Shown in pieces: positions 12,404 through 26,787 of a stretch of 64,000 nt of DNA. Under the pieces are notes generated by a model. It did no database searches. It was not told the DNA's origin and worked only from the letters and a program-made list of their open reading frames with translations. Each line of letters starts with the position of its first letter. Within the stretch, counting starts at the first letter, position 1. The position numbers were made by a program, and so were the translations under genes. The stretch comes from Azolla caroliniana. Its lineage: Eukaryota > Plantae > Polypodiophyta. Where the stretch lies: positions 9,672,001-9,736,000 of the forward strand of contig JBHGNT010000004.1 of NCBI GenBank assembly GCA_043228905.1, written 5' to 3'.

Positions 12404-14359
12404 CTCTACCTCGAGGTCCATGCTTGCCGCTATGCCCAAAACCGTCCATATGGATGTCATCTTTACTACCAGGGCAAAGATCTCATCGAAGTCTACTCCT
12501 TTCTTTTGTTGGAAGCCCTTCACTATGATTCGGGCCTTATACCTTGGTGGATTTCTAGCATCTCCCGGTTTCAGCTTGTACACCCACTTGTTCCGGAGTG
12601 CTCTCTTCCCTTTTAGCAAATCCATCAGTTCATATGTGTGGTTCTCATGCAGGGAAACCATCTCATCCTGCATGGCACTCAACCACTTGCCACTGTGGGT
12701 GTCTCTCTTTGCTTCTTCGAATCTTTCCGGCTCCCCCTCATCGGTTAGCAACACATGCTCTGCATGAGGAATTCTCCGGGGGGCTCTTCTCTCTCGGAGA
12801 GGATATCTCCGTCCCTGGTTTCTAACTATCAATTCCTTCGTTTGTTCCTTATCTGAATCCGATTCAGGATCTTGTCTTGTTACGGTGTGTCCTTCTTCTT
12901 CTTCTTCTTCTTCTTCTTCGGTCAGTTCAGTTTCTTGTCCGTATCTAGACGGTTTGTCGAGTGTCATCCGGTTACCTCTCCGGTTTGCCTCTTCGGTCCG
13001 AACCGTTTCGGTTCAAACTCTTCTTAGAATCGGTAGTGCTGGTTTCTTTCTCTTTCCGGAAATGCTGGAAGTTCTTCTGGAAGTGCCCTGGCTTCCCACA
13101 ATAGAAGCAAGCAGGCCTCCCGCTTGACTTCGACCTCGTCCCTGATTTGTCTCGATTTTGGGGACTCCGATACCGGCCTCTTCCCTAGTTGTGGTCATCT
13201 TCCGCAACCAAGGCCTTCGGATTGGTTCCGGACTCCCGGTCCTTCCAACGAGCTTCTTCATCTTACAAGCTTGACTTGACTCTTGCGAGGGACAACTGTT
13301 TTCCTTCCGCCCCGGCGTTGCCCAATGTGACAACTAACGTCTCCCAGCTATCCGGGAGGGAACCGAGCAAGAGCAATGTGAGTACCTCATCGGTGAGAGG
13401 TACTTCCAGCGAGGTTGCTTTGTGTATTAGCCCCTGGAAGGCATTCATGTGCTCCGCCATACTAGAGTCGTCCTGGTACCGGAGCCTCACTAGCTTCCAG
13501 AATACCGAAACCCGATTAACGGCATTCTTGTTCTGGAACATGATGTCGATCTTCTCCCAGAGTTCATGAGCCTTAGTCTCTTCATTGAAGTTGTTGTGCA
13601 GGCTCATGACAATGAAGCACTGGATGTATGTCGTCATCTTAATGTGCATCACCTCCCACACTTTGGCGTCGATCTTATCCGGTCTCTTATCCCCGAAGTG
13701 AACCGGCAACCAAAGATCTTTAACCACCAGCATATCCCTCATCTTCAACTTCCACACTGAGTAGTTGGAGGGGTGAGCTTGAACATGTTGCTGAACGATA
13801 CTTCCATTTCCTGTGTTGTTCGCTCTGATACCAGATTGAGGGAAATAGCGTGGAATTTTTCTTGGCCACAACCGAGTCTTGAATCACTTGTCGATGAGAA
13901 TCAAACACAAAAATGGGAAGTAGGGAGATTGATACGCATACGCACACAAACAACGATAGAGGATACACAAGTTGTTTACGTGGAAAAACCCTAATAGGGA
14001 AAAAACCACGGGAGCCCATAGACTCCAAATTATCACTATTTGAGAAAGGTACAATCAGAGACTCGGAGGCAACGACCTCGAGCTCTGTTTCTTCATCGAG
14101 TGGCGGTTACAACAGAGTATCGCTCTATATCTCTCTCTATATATATACAACAATTATGCACATACAAGAATAGGACAACAACCTTACAAAGTGATTGCCC
14201 TAAGTCATATTTATACTTATATGAACTTAGGGCTATTTAAAAATATAGCCTCAATAGGCTTACTCAAAACATATTTACAAATATGTCTTCTCTTCCGGTT
14301 CTCACCGGGTCCATCCGATCCATAACCGGATACCATCCGGAGGGACCGATTTCCCAACA
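12404..14359 (-). mobile_element. Ty1/Copia family C 5' part: LTR 13837-14359, iMet PBS 13822-13833, gag, RT N-terminus; protease and integrase deleted
   Basis: gag NYSVWKLKM...LLLLGSLPDSWETL; RT NKWVYKLK/YKARIIVKGFQQ; LTR homologous to solo LTR 21386-22080. Confidence 0.85.
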
Positions 14360-14399
14360 TGGTACACATCATTAGTGTGCACCACATAAATCGATTTCC

Positions 14400-16190
14400 C
14401 ATTACCAAATGACCAATCTTTCTATGGTTCCTCGACTACCAACTCTGGAATTGGGAAAACTAATATAGGCAATGCCAATATTGATTGCCAAATATACTCA
14501 TATCAATGTGGTATATGAAACTTATTTCTGATTGTCCGAAAGACTATCATTTTCCTACGTGACTCTAGAATACCATTTTCTACAATTACCAAACCTAGCC
14601 TTGCCATTCGATTAAGCTATGAATTTAGACTTTCTTTTCCCTCCCAGTGTAATATCCTTGAAGCTACCAACACCTCGAATGCCAATGAATTTATATCTTT
14701 TCTGCACTTAGGAGGCCTTCAATTAATCAATTTCAAACACTGCTGCCAAGAAAACACCAATTGTTGAACCATACTAGATTCTAAACACTTAAATTGCTGG
14801 GTACTATTAACAACATGCCACCACGAAGCTGTAATTCTCGTTTTCCCATGGTAAATACCAACCTTTTCCACAAAATAAGTAATTATTTCTACCCAAGGTT
14901 GGGTACCTAAGCACATACCTTTCAAAAGATTGAATCTTTGAGCCACCATATGATCTTCTAAATTGAGTAAAGCAGCACCCCCTAACTGTTTTCGAGTACA
15001 AATATTGTTCCATGATACCCAAATCCTACCAAGGTTTGTGTCTTTCTTCCATAGTGTATATTTAAGTGAACGAGCTAAATGATCAAAAGACATAGGAGAT
15101 GCAACTTTTGGTATAAGTTTAACCAAACCAACTTTCCATGAATCGGGCATTTTACCAAAACTCCACATTTCTTGGAATATCAGTGTTATAGGGGCTTTGA
15201 GTTCTTATAAAAAGGCTTTAAAAAACTCGTTTGTAATGCCATCCCAACCCGGGCTTTTATCAATTGCAAGATGTGATAATACATATTCCACCTCCTCCTC
15301 CTTTATATCCTCCTCCAATGCGATCATGTCATGTTGTCCATCACTCACCTTGACTGAGTTAAATAGCATCGATTGCGTTTGTGTTATGTCATCATTCATA
15401 ATACAGTCTTGCCCAAAAAGATTTGTGCAGTATTTAACACAATTATCAATAATCCCTTGTGGGTTTGTATTCAAAGTTCCATCAATCTCTACACTTACCA
15501 CATTCATTCTAGCATGAGATGCCTGCAACCCATGGTAAAACTTATGTGAATTACAGTTGTGATCATGTACTTCATTTTTCAAGCATGCTATGGGACTTGT
15601 CTTATAAACTCTCCCACCAATTGTCCCGTAGCATGCTTAGATTTATCATGTCCAAGAAAAGATGAATTAAATCTCAATGGTTGTCTCCCCAATAAAGATC
15701 TAAAACCATCCACAGTTTGATGTGTGCATTCCAAAACAACTAGGAAATGATCTGATGATCCAATCCCCCTAACCACTTGCATAGTCAAAAACTCTAGCAA
15801 GAATGTATCATCATGCATAATATAAATGTGATCCAGTCTACTCCAAGTTTATCTATATTGTGCCGATTGAAAGGTATAACCAACACCATTTCCATTGATC
15901 CAAGTCCATGCATCATACCTTACGACATCCATCATAAGCAAATCCCATACCTCTCTCATTCAAGAGCATCCATCAAGCCATGCATTGAAGTAGATTGGCG
16001 CATCTCAAAACACATATTAAAATCCCCTAACAAAAAACCGGATCTCCGATGAAGCAAAACTTGATTTAAGCATCTCCAAAGTTCCGTACAATGTCTTGCA
16101 ACATTCGATCCATAAATACCAACCACCCAAATTTGTTACCCTTCATAATTAACTTCAATCACCAAAAACCGACCATGTACATCACTTTGA
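14400..16190 (-). pseudogene. LINE (L1-like) ORF2 relic: AP endonuclease and RT fragments
   Basis: LGDFN, LDRFY and SDHF endonuclease motifs; KSPGWDGITNEF, LIPK and GGAALLNL RT-region motifs; heavily decayed, borders approximate. Confidence 0.8.
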
Positions 16191-16191
16191 A

Positions 16192-19100
16192 CGACTACGG
16201 GTTTCAAGCTACCGTACGGCTCTGCTACCGGCCGAGCCCAGTTGTATTCTGTTTACCTTAATCAATTCTTTCCATAGTTCGGGTCGATCTCTTCTTGTTT
16301 CAAGTTTCATCTCTATTTCTTCCCTTTGTATCTGTTTCCTCGCTCTACCTGTGAGCTGCATGACACGGTTCCGTTCGCAAACATACACACTCGATGTCCC
16401 GCTTCCGGTAACCATCTAGGCACACTGTCACGGTTGCTCTTCCTAGTCCCTATGACTCCTTGGTCTGGGACTCCCGTGGTCCTGCCCGTTTCAACACTTA
16501 CTGGCTACATCATTGGTGAACCCGACGTGAAAGGGGTAGCAGAGGAGTCCGGAGATGAGAGGAAGTGAACTTGCCGAAGCAATGGTGGTGGCTGTAACCG
16601 CCTAATTAACGATCACTAGGGCACAAGCACCCTTGATAGGGCCATAGAAACGATGCTCGACAAGATAGGTCAGTTTAATGGGAAAGACGTAACAAGCTAC
16701 CTGGAGACCTACAGGGCCGAGATGTTGATGAGGAATATTCCAGAGGACAGACAGCTGTCCGGATTCCCTCGGGTCGTAACACCGAGCACCCATGCAGAGG
16801 TGCTCGAAGTGCAAGCGGACTGCCATAATTGGGCAGACTTCGAGGCGCGGTTGCTCGAGAAGTACGGCTTCGATGATTCTCTACAATTGTCGAAGAAGGA
16901 CTTTATGGATTGGGTCGAGAGCCCCGACAAGGGACGGAATACATCAACTTTGCTTCAAGACTTCGAAAAGCGGCTCGCGTGACTCTCGATGCTAGAACGG
17001 ACCGTGCTCCATACGAGCAAGGTCCTACTGTATGTGAAGTCGATCGACGTGCTTGACCGCGAAAAGGTTGGTTTCCTCTTGGAGACGGATGAAGGGCTCA
17101 CGGTCTACTAGGCCATGGTTAAAAGATTTTGTAGCCGTTTCGATAAACCGTAGGATTGTAACGACGCGAGGTCGTCGACAACCGGTGCGGGTGCCGGGAG
17201 GAAGCCAGAGGAATCGATTCTGACGAGAGCGGACAAAAGGAGACAGTGACTTGAATCAGGCACGGCGCCAACCAATGTGGTCGCAAGACCGTCGGGGGGA
17301 GCGGATCTAGAGGAGCTAATGAAGATGGTGTGTGATCTCCAGATCGCTCAGGCTTGAAGGGTCGGCGGAGGCCAATCGCGCGACCAACGGCCACTAATTG
17401 ACTAACGGTGTAAATGGTGTGATGTCGTTGGCCATGCCTGAAGGGAGTGGGCCGACTTCGGCAAAGCGCTTAGAAGTAACGTGGTGTACCTTTGGAATGG
17501 TCGAGTTCATGCGAGTGACACATGAAGGCCGCACGAATTAAACACCAGATGAGGCGGCATGAAGAGGATAATGGAGGAGGCAGCAACACATCATGTCGAG
17601 GCCATTCACTACTCGATCCTGGCTGGCATCTGTGTGAGCGGAGAGAAAGCTACCGGCTCCGGGGCCGAATCAGGATTTTGGCCGCTACTACTAGAGGGCT
17701 TCCACGGAAAGAAATTGAAGGAGGAAGTCAACCGCGCGGAGAGGCAGGTTCGTGAAGTTACCGGATGGAGCGATCCGGTTGAGGACAAGATCGGCTTCGT
17801 AGAAGCCGCATGGCAGAACTGCAAGGTTCTGGTCAAGGACAAGTGGGCCGGAAAGGCCGGAGGGGTAGGCCCTTCAGGGAGTTACGACACCCGGAGCGGA
17901 CCCAACTGACGTGATTCACAAGAGAAAGAAAAGGGGAAGTTCTCGAGCTTCTAGTTAAGCTCAGAGATAGAGCAAACTGTGGACCTACGGAAGGTCCTCG
18001 AGGAGCGAATCCTCGATAGTCGCGTGTAACTCACGGTGCGGGAAGTGCTAGGAATAACAAAGAAAGAGTTTCACAATGGCATCATGGACCTGATAAAGAG
18101 GAAGCGACTCTCGACAGAGCTAGAGCCAAAGAAGCCGGTCGAAGTAAAGGTGTCCTACATCAAAGAGGTTGTGATGGAAGAGAAGTTCCCAGACAACCAC
18201 TATATGAACCCATACTAGGCCAGAGCGACAACGGAAACCCCCTGTCCGAATCCGGAACGTGAAAGAGCTGGTGGTGCCGCTAATCGACCACAGGTCAAAG
18301 ATTAACTTAATTTCCATGGACTTCTACGAGAAGGGTAAATGGTCGATCAACACGAAGCATGGGTGGAAGATATGCACGGCGACCCACACTACGGAGGAGG
18401 TTCATGGAGCGTGCCCAAACGTCCGGGTGAAGGTCAGGGATGTGGAGATCGATCAACACTTCTTCGTACAGGAGACATCCTCCCATCCAGTGATTCTTGG
18501 TGAACCATACATTACGGCGGCTCGTGTGGAGACCAAAGTGTTGGACAGCAGATCGGCATACGCAAGGGTAAAGAGCTAGGATGGTAAGCACTACTTCCAA
18601 TTCCTGGCGGTGAGGCCAAATCATGAACAAAACCATGATTCTCTCGATGGCGAGGGCCGAGGGGATTTTTAGAGAGGACTATCAAGGCATGGGTCCGCGA
18701 TAATCTAGACAACCGGAAGAATTCCCACACCTGTACCATAGGTAGGAAGTTTTGGCCCTCCACTAGTGGAGGTTGTACCATAACCGACATCGATGGCCGA
18801 GAGAAGAAGCGGGTAGAAGGACCCTTGAAGGCTTGTGGCACCTTAGGCTCTGATGACGAGATTAGTGGCACCATGGAGGCGGTTTCATTCGATGACACTC
18901 TCGGAGAGATCGAGAGGATGGCCAAAGAGGACCTATGCGAAATGTACGAAGTCATTGCGGACTTTGGAAGGATGGTCGGGTCAGATCAAATAGCCCAGTG
19001 AGCACGAAGTACAAGACTGTGGACTGGAAGGTGAGGCCAATCGTGGCTCCCTTGCCAGAGGATAGCTGAGAACGGATAAAAGGGGTCGCGGCCGACCCAA

Positions 19101-20330
19101 GTTTACGAAATCTGGCTGGCATAGGATATCGGTTCACCGACGAGATGCTACGAGAGCTCAAGATCGGTGGGGGTGGCTTCTTACTGCCTGCGGAGGAAGA
19201 CCGGTTTCGAAGGATGCTGGAAAGTCATGGGAAAGGCTTCACACTCTCGCCAGGGGAGATCGGGTGCGTCGACCTGATGATCGTGGATCCAATGGTGATC
19301 TTCACGGTACCGCACGTACCGTGGAATCTCAGGCTTGTTTCTATGCCGAGAGCTCACATACCGAAGTTGACAGAGCTACTCAAACAAAAGATCGAGATGG
19401 GGGTCCTCGAGCCATCGAGCGCCCCAACTCGAATCGGTGATTTACAGTGCCAAAGAAGAACGGCACGCTACACTTCATTCAAGACCTGGAGCCGGTCAAC
19501 AAAGTAACCATTCGAAACGTAGGGATTGGGCCGACAATTGACGAGTTTGCGGAAGCCTTCATGGGAAGTTCGACCTACTCGGTCGGCGACTTATACTCTG
19601 GATATAACCAATTCCAGCTAGCCATAGAGAGTGGGGACATCATGACGATGCGAACTCCTCTCAGCTTGGTTCAGATGTGTACCTTGCCGCAAGGAGGGAC
19701 CAACTCGGTGGCACACATGGTGAATGCAATGATCAAGGTCTTGTAGGACTACATCTCGGACATCACCATGCCTTTCTTGGATGACATCCCGATCAAGGGA
19801 TGTCTGGAGGAAGTGAAAGATGAATTGATCGGGCCGAACAGATGCCAGAGTTTTGTCGCGGCCCACATCTCCGACTGCAAGAAGATATTGCAGAGGCGTG
19901 AGAGCGCTCAACTTACCTTCTCTGGGAAGAAGTCAGCTTTCGGACAATCCGAGATCCTCGTAGTGGGGCACCTGTGTGAACCATACTGCCGGAAACCGTC
20001 TCCGGCGAAAGTAGAGGCCATCTCCGCGATGAAGGAGGAATGGGGGTCGGTCTCGGAAGTCCAGAGATTCTTGGGAGCGTGCACCATCTACCACATTTGG
20101 ATCCCACACTACCCACACCTTGCCGAACCGCTCTACCGGTTTCTAAAGAAAGGTCAGAAGTTCAAATGGGGCACAGAGCACATAGGGGTTGTCCGGAAAC
20201 TAAAGGACAAGTTGACAGTAGCCCCAGCTCTCCGAAAATCGATATACAAGGCGGAAACTCCGGCTTACGTAACGATGGATACGATTCCAACCAGAATCGG
20301 GTGGGTGGTTAATCAGGAAGACAAGGACGG
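16192..20330 (+). mobile_element. tRNA-Trp-primed non-chromoviral Gypsy (autonomous type, decayed): partial LTR to 16509, PBS 16514-16530, gag, protease, RT, start of RNase H
   Basis: PBS TGGTGAACCCGACGTGA is complementary to the plant tRNA-Trp 3' end; gag FNGKDVTSYL; RT GDLYSGYNQ, LPQGGTNSV, PFLDDIPIKG. Confidence 0.82.
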
Positions 20331-21385
20331 GATATATTCACGATAATCTTGCAAATGGCTTTATTCAACATTCTCAATCTCCTACTGGCACTCCTATTTT
20401 TTTCGTTAAGAAGAAAGAAGGATGTTTACTTTTGGTCGTAGATTATCGAGGCTTGAACAAGATTATGATCCGAAATCGATATGCTCTACCATTGATTCCA
20501 AATCTCTTGGAATATCTCAGTGGGTCCAAATACTTCACAAGGCTAGACTTACAAGGTGCTTATAACCTTGTTCGTATTCGACCTTGTGATGAATGGAAAA
20601 TTGCTTTTTGCACGCGATATGGTCACTTCGAGTACACAATAATGCCATTCGATTGTACAAATGCTCCAACAATTTTCCAACATATGGAAAATGATATCTT
20701 TCGAGATTTCCTTGATATCTTCACACTAATTTACTTGGATGACATACTAATATACTTATAGACACGAGGAGCACGATAACCATGTTCGACAAGTTCTGCA
20801 ACGATTACGGGAATTTGGTCTTTTTGCCAAACTCTGAGAAATGTTGGTTTGACCGCAATCAAGTGGAATTTCTAGGGTATATGATCTCTCTGGAAGGTAT
20901 TTCTATAGATCCAAAGAAAGTACAAATGGTTCTAGATTGGAAGACACCAGGCTTAGTTCGCGACCTGCAATGTTTCTTGGGATTTGCAAATTTCTACCAC
21001 AATTTCATCAGGAGTTACTCAAAAGTTGCTTTGACCCTCACAAAACTATCACAAAAGAACCAAACATTTGTATGCATGACAAGCGCATCCGATGCATTTG
21101 ATAGCTTGAAGGAAGCATTTACATCTGCTCCGATTTTGGTCCACGTTGACCTTGAAAAGCCGTTTATCATAGAAGTAGATACATTTGATTTTGCACTAGG
21201 AAGTGTTGTATCGCAAATAGCGCATGATGAGAAATTGCATCCAATTGCATTTCATTCAAGAAAGTTTGAACCTGTAGAAATCAATTATGAAAACCATGAC
21301 AAATAATTGTTGGCAATTGCTGATTCTTTCGAACAATGGTTTCACTTCTTGGAAGGTTCTCCCCACCAAATTGTTGTTTATAGTG

Positions 21386-22080
21386 TGACGGGAACTCAAT
21401 GCTCGTTATACGCAACGCTCGGCCACAACCGAGCTTAGAATCATACACAGAAAACGGGAAATAATGAACGACATGAAGAAGAGACGAGTACGCAGGATGT
21501 TTACGTGGAAAACCCAAACTAAGGGAAAAACCACGGCAGCCCACAGGCTGCAAACTATCACTATGCTAGAATGTACAACAGTGAGTTCACGGAGGTAACG
21601 ACCTCGTGCTCACGATCCTCGCCACAGGCGGCAGTTACAATAGAGGCAACGACCTCTTCCTCTCTCTCTCGCTCTCTGTACACTGTTACACAGACTCTCT
21701 CTTCTTACACCAACAAGAAAATGAAAACTACTACTAAAAGTTTGCCCTAAGTCATATTTATACTAATATGACTTTTCGGCTATTTACAAATATAGCCATG
21801 ATGGACTCTCAGAAACATATTTACGAATATGTCTCTTCATCCGGTCTTGACCGGGTCTGCACCATCCGGCTCTCCGTAGCCGGGTACTCCTCATTCGGTT
21901 CTCACCGGGTCTGCACCATCCGGCTCTCCGTAGCCGGGTACTCCTCATCCGGTTCTCACCGGGTCTGCACCATCCGGCTCTCCGTAGCCGGGGACTCCTC
22001 ATACGGTTTCGGCCTCGGCCGAGTTTGTTCATCAGCATTGTTCTTCTCCCTTCCCATCCGGAGGGACCTGTCTCCCAACA
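21386..22080 (-). repeat. Solo LTR of Copia C family with 5-bp TSD (TAGTG/CAGTG)
   Basis: TG...CA termini; removing it restores IVVYSDHKNL; similar to 13837-14359. Confidence 0.88.
21851..22008. repeat. Three tandem 54-bp units in LTR U3
   Basis: CCGGGTCTGCACCATCCGGCTCTCCGTAGCCGGG starts at 21851, 21905 and 21959. Confidence 0.9.
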
Positions 22081-23389
22081 CAGTGATCATAAAAACCTCA
22101 CATACTTTCAGAATGCTAAGTCCTAAATCGACGACAAGCTCGGTGGACACAATTTTTTTCACGGTTCAACTTTATGATAACATATCGACTAGGAATACAA
22201 CAAGGTAAAGTTGATGCCTTATCAAGACGCTCTTATTTTGCACCAAAACCGGGGGACCCAACTTATGACCATCAAGAACAAGTCCTTTTGAGCCCTAGTC
22301 GTCTACAATTAATGGTGACAAATGTTGCTGAGACAACTTTGGATTCAAAATTTCTTGATTCTATTCGCTCAAGCATTGGTTCAAATGATTTTGCACAATA
22401 CATTTTAGACCACATTGTTCCAACTTTTTGTACACGCTCCAACTTTTCTCGCATGGATTATGGGAACTTCAGTTGGCATGATGGGATTTTTTATCGAAAC
22501 AACTGTACTTATATTCCCAATGGACCTTCTCGACTTGAAGTCTTGCATCACTGCCATGATTCACCATTAGCTGGACATTTCGGAGTTTTGAAAACATTGG
22601 AGCTAGTTACCTAAAACTATTGGTGGCCTCAGGTTCGTCAATTTGTCATAGACTATTTTTCTACATGTGATGTATGTTGTCAATCAAAGATGCCTCGACA
22701 TCGGCCATATGGTTAGTTGCACCCATTGCCCATTCTAGATGGTCCGTGAAAATCCATTTCTATCGATTTCATCACAGATCTCCCATCTTCCCAAGGCTAT
22801 GATGCTATTCTTACAATCCCACGGTCAAGGATCGTCTAGAACAACTCAAAGAAATTCAAGCCAACCTTTCCCATAATTTGCTTCATGCTCTCATTATCTT
22901 CTTTTCTTGGATGTCTACATCTTCTTTGAAGCTTGGGCCGCGACAGAATTCATCAAGACATGCAATACTTGTGCTTGATCCAAAGTAGCATATCATCATT
23001 CATACAATCTGCTCTAACAACTCCCATTCCAAGCAGGTTGTGGGCATCTATGTCACTTAACTTCATCACCAACTTAGCTCAATTTGATAGAGTCGACTCG
23101 GTGATAGTAACGGTCGACCATTTTACCAAATTGGTTCACTTTGTCCCCTAGGGAGTTCACTGTCAAAACTTGTATTATACCACATGAGTTCATCAAAAGG
23201 GGTTTAAATTAGTCACAAAGATACAGAATGTATATATATAAGGGTATTAATAAATATTGGGAAATATATTTCCATAAGGGTATTATCGATTATGCTAGTG
23301 AAAGCAATTTCATAACCCCATGAAATATTACATATTTCAATGAGATAGTAAAGAATATATTATGCAAACAATACTCAAATTTGGAGTAG

Positions 23390-23600
23390 CATATATACAT
23401 ACATTCTTTTATACATACATACATATACATGCATGCATGCATATATACCTACATTCAAACATTACATCCATGAATATGTATATACATACATTACACCCAT
23501 TTATACATGCATACTCACTAAACATAAATATATGTACAAATTATATATATTAGCATATGTAAATATGTACATACACATACATAAATACATTACATACTAC
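23390..23600. repeat. Degenerate (TACA/TATA)n low-complexity tract
   Basis: Direct reading. Confidence 0.8.
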
Positions 23601-24156
23601 GATCTAACATTTCATTGACGTATGTGATAAGAAACAACAGGAGAAAAAACAGAGAACACTAAAGAAGATGAAGTAGAAGATAGTTGACACGTTATGTCAG
23701 GGGAACTCTGACGCAACGCCCCAACCACTCCTCCACATTTTGCTATCATTGTCGTCTTTACGCGGGAAGAAGAGGTCATGCTGAGAAGAGAGGTAAGTCA
23801 TCTACACTCCTATTCAATAGTGTGCAGGGTAATAGGTTTACAGCAAAATAGAGGGGATTTGCGAGATCTCCTTCAGGTGGCGTTTCAACATTGGATAGGA
23901 AAAATAATTGATGTTTAGTTCATTCGGCATGGTTTTTATTACTTAGAATTGGATACAACTGAGTCCATAGAGGTAATTTTGAATGGTAATATGATTAATA
24001 TTCGGAATGTGATTGCATGTTTTATGCCATGGAAATTGGGCTTTGATCCCATCAAAATTATGAATTTTCCATTTTTTTCCAAAGAATGCCTAAGGATACA
24101 TGGTTGTACTTCCATCAATCGCAATGAAAATCTTCACAGTTCCTTCTCCTCGTAAG

Positions 24157-25062
24157 TGTCATGAATACATAAACATCATGGCTTCACCTGGGCTTGAACC
24201 CAAGACCTTGAAATACATAATTAAGAACCTAACCATTAAGATAACCTACGATCATATAAGATGATAAAAGCTACTTCTTATAATACACTGATTATGGTAA
24301 ATACTCTGGAACATTCTAGAACATTCTATAGGAACCTATAAATATAGACATGTACAATTCTTCTCAAACCAATTCGAATCAACACCAGTCTTAAGCTCTC
24401 ATTAGCTATCTCGTATCCATTCTCATTCTATCTAATACATTCATTCTTCTCTTATCATTTCATTCCTCTCTTCTTGTGATCTCTTTATATCTTTCTTCTG
24501 TCACTCTATCTTTCTCTTGGTTCTGACAGTTTGATTCGAATTCATCTCTCTCTCCTTTATCCTCGTCTATAAACATCATGAAACCATGGTTGCCATCAAC
24601 TTAGAAGAATATCTCACCCTTGTTGCAAAAGTGGAGAATCTTAAATCCAAGTTTGCATCTCTTGCATTAGAGAATCAACGTCTTCTTGGATATCCACAAA
24701 AGGTTACTATGGAGAAACAACAACAACAAGAGGAGTTTACGTGACGGGTGCAACAATTAGAATCGACAATCGTAGTTTTACAACAACATAGGGTCGAACG
24801 TCAAGGAATTATCAAGGAGCCCAAAATCAGCCTCCCAACTAAATTTGAAGGTTCGAGGGGGAATTTCCGAGGTTTCTTGAATCAAGTGAGGTTGGTAATT
24901 CAAATGCATCCCACACGTTATGCGACAGATGCATCACGAGTCGGGTTAGTGGGCACCTTATTGATTGGCATAGCGTTGTCATGGTTTTCTCCATTACTAG
25001 AGACAAACTCTCCTCTACTGCATAGTTTCGAGGAGTTTAAAGCTTGCTTTCGAGATACAAAT
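24157..25062 (+). mobile_element. Tcn1-like element 1: 5' LTR 24157-24528 and gag N-terminus, interrupted by element 2
   Basis: TG...CA LTR; self-complementary PBS; gag EPKISLPTKFEGSRGNFRGFLNQ. Confidence 0.8.
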
Positions 25063-25680
25063 TGTCATGATATGGCAATACTCAAACCCATGACCTTATG
25101 TTACATGGGTCGAGCTCTTGACCATTAGACTATTTGCTGTAATACAAAGGATATTATTTTCATTTAAGTTTTACTATAGAAAATTGACATATATTCCAGA
25201 TTTCTCTGGAACATTCTAGAAACTTCAGGAGTACTCCTGAGAAAACTATAAAAGGAGGTACAAGGAATTATTTCGAGCCAAATTGGTTCAACGCCAGTCT
25301 TAAGCCTCCTCCTAGCTACTATTGTATATTCTCTTAACATAATATATATCTTTTGTTATCATCATTCTCTCTCTCGATCTCTCGATCTCTCGATCTCACT
25401 CACTCTTTCCTTCTCTCGAGAGTTCTACACCTCCCTTAGTACTAATCCTCATCTTTTAGTACTAATTCTTTATGTGTCTTAGTACTGTTCTCTATCTTAG
25501 TACTGCTCCTAACAGTACTTCTCTTAGTACTGCTCCTGACAGTTTGAACCGATTTTGCTCTCCTTCCTTCTCTTCCTTTATCTTCTTACTTCCCCCCCTT
25601 CATACTAATCTCTTATTAATCTTTTCTCTCATACTATGGCCATTGTTAGCGCTCAAGAATATCAATCCGTTTTTTAGGAG

Positions 25681-26787
25681 TTGCAATGCTTAAAAGAGAA
25701 GTTTCTGGCGTTGGAACAAGAAAATCAACGACTATTGGGGGAGCTTCAACAAATATCCTTAGAGAAACAGCAGATGCAACAACAACACGGGGAACTAGCA
25801 TTACACATGCAACAACTCGAAGCAACCATAGTAGCAATGCAACAACAAGGACCTAGTACGCAAGGGGTTCATAAAGAACCCAAGGTCGGTCTTCCCATGA
25901 AATTCGATGGAATGCGATCACAGTTTAGAAGATTCCTTAATCAAGTACGATTAGTCATTCAAATGCATCCTTCCCGAGATCCCACCAATGCATCACGAGG
26001 GGGTTTAGTAGGCACGTTGTTAAGTGGCTCAGCTTTGGTATGGTTCGCTCCATTGTTAGAAAAGGAATCTCCTTTACTAAACAATTTTGAAGAGTTTTTA
26101 AGTGAGTTTAAAGCTTGTTTTGGAGACACTGACAGCATAAGGACAACAATCAACAAAATCCAACGATTACGTCAAGGTGATCGTCCAGCCTCCGCATACA
26201 CTGTAGATTTTCACCTACTCGCCTCCAATATCCCCTGGGATGACCAAGCACTTATGGAGCAATTTCGTTATGGTCTACATAACGATGTCAAGGATTTACT
26301 CTTGACCTTCCCTGAAGAACCAAAGTCATTGACAGAAGCAATCAGTCACGCGGTGAGATGCGACAATCGTCTTTTCGAACGACGTTCGGACCGTCAGTTC
26401 CAGATGCCAAGGGCAAGATCAGAGCTCACCTACGCCTCAGTGGTAGAAAAACCTTTTCCAAGGGAGTCACATAATGCGTCTCCAGTTAATACTCCAACTC
26501 CGATGGAAATTAACACTACACGTCGTCACGGACCATTATCGGAAGAAGAAAAACAACAACATCGAGCAAATCGACTATGTCTTTATTGCAGTGGACTAGG
26601 GCATATTGCAGTGAACTGTCCCCATAGGCCAAGAAGACAGGTGAACCAAATAGTTGCTAGTCCTAATTGTACTAAACCCAAGTCTATTTCAGTAGGAATA
26701 TCTGATAGTCCTAATAGGACTAATAGTCCAAATCTATCAAACAAATTTGATGTCCTTAGTCAAATAGATGAAGAGTTAAATGATTAA
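25681..26787 (+). CDS. Gag of Tcn1-like element 2 (coiled coil, capsid, CCHC knuckle); N-terminus probably frameshifted
   Basis: 368-aa ORF with LRQGDRPASAY, PMEIN and CLYCSGLGHIAVNC. Confidence 0.8.
   Translation: MQCLKEKFLALEQENQRLLGELQQISLEKQQMQQQHGELALHMQQLEATIVAMQQQGPSTQGVHKEPKVGLPMKFDGMRSQFRRFLNQVRLVIQMHPSRDPTNASRGGLVGTLLSGSALVWFAPLLEKESPLLNNFEEFLSEFKACFGDTDSIRTTINKIQRLRQGDRPASAYTVDFHLLASNIPWDDQALMEQFRYGLHNDVKDLLLTFPEEPKSLTEAISHAVRCDNRLFERRSDRQFQMPRARSELTYASVVEKPFPRESHNASPVNTPTPMEINTTRRHGPLSEEEKQQHRANRLCLYCSGLGHIAVNCPHRPRRQVNQIVASPNCTKPKSISVGISDSPNRTNSPNLSNKFDVLSQIDEELND

Larger units (their letters stand above)
20331..22870 (+). pseudogene. Tcn1-like chromovirus pol fragment (RT, RNase H, integrase N-terminus), split by a solo LTR
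   Basis: [40 protein letters not shown]. Confidence 0.88.

Noticed and set aside
20325-20345. Novel hybrid element with two RTs
   Set aside because: Better explained as a deletion joining two decayed Gypsy elements; both sides are pseudogenised
23620-24150. Possible host exon (GTAAGT donor near 23793)
   Set aside because: No convincing ORF or recognisable domain
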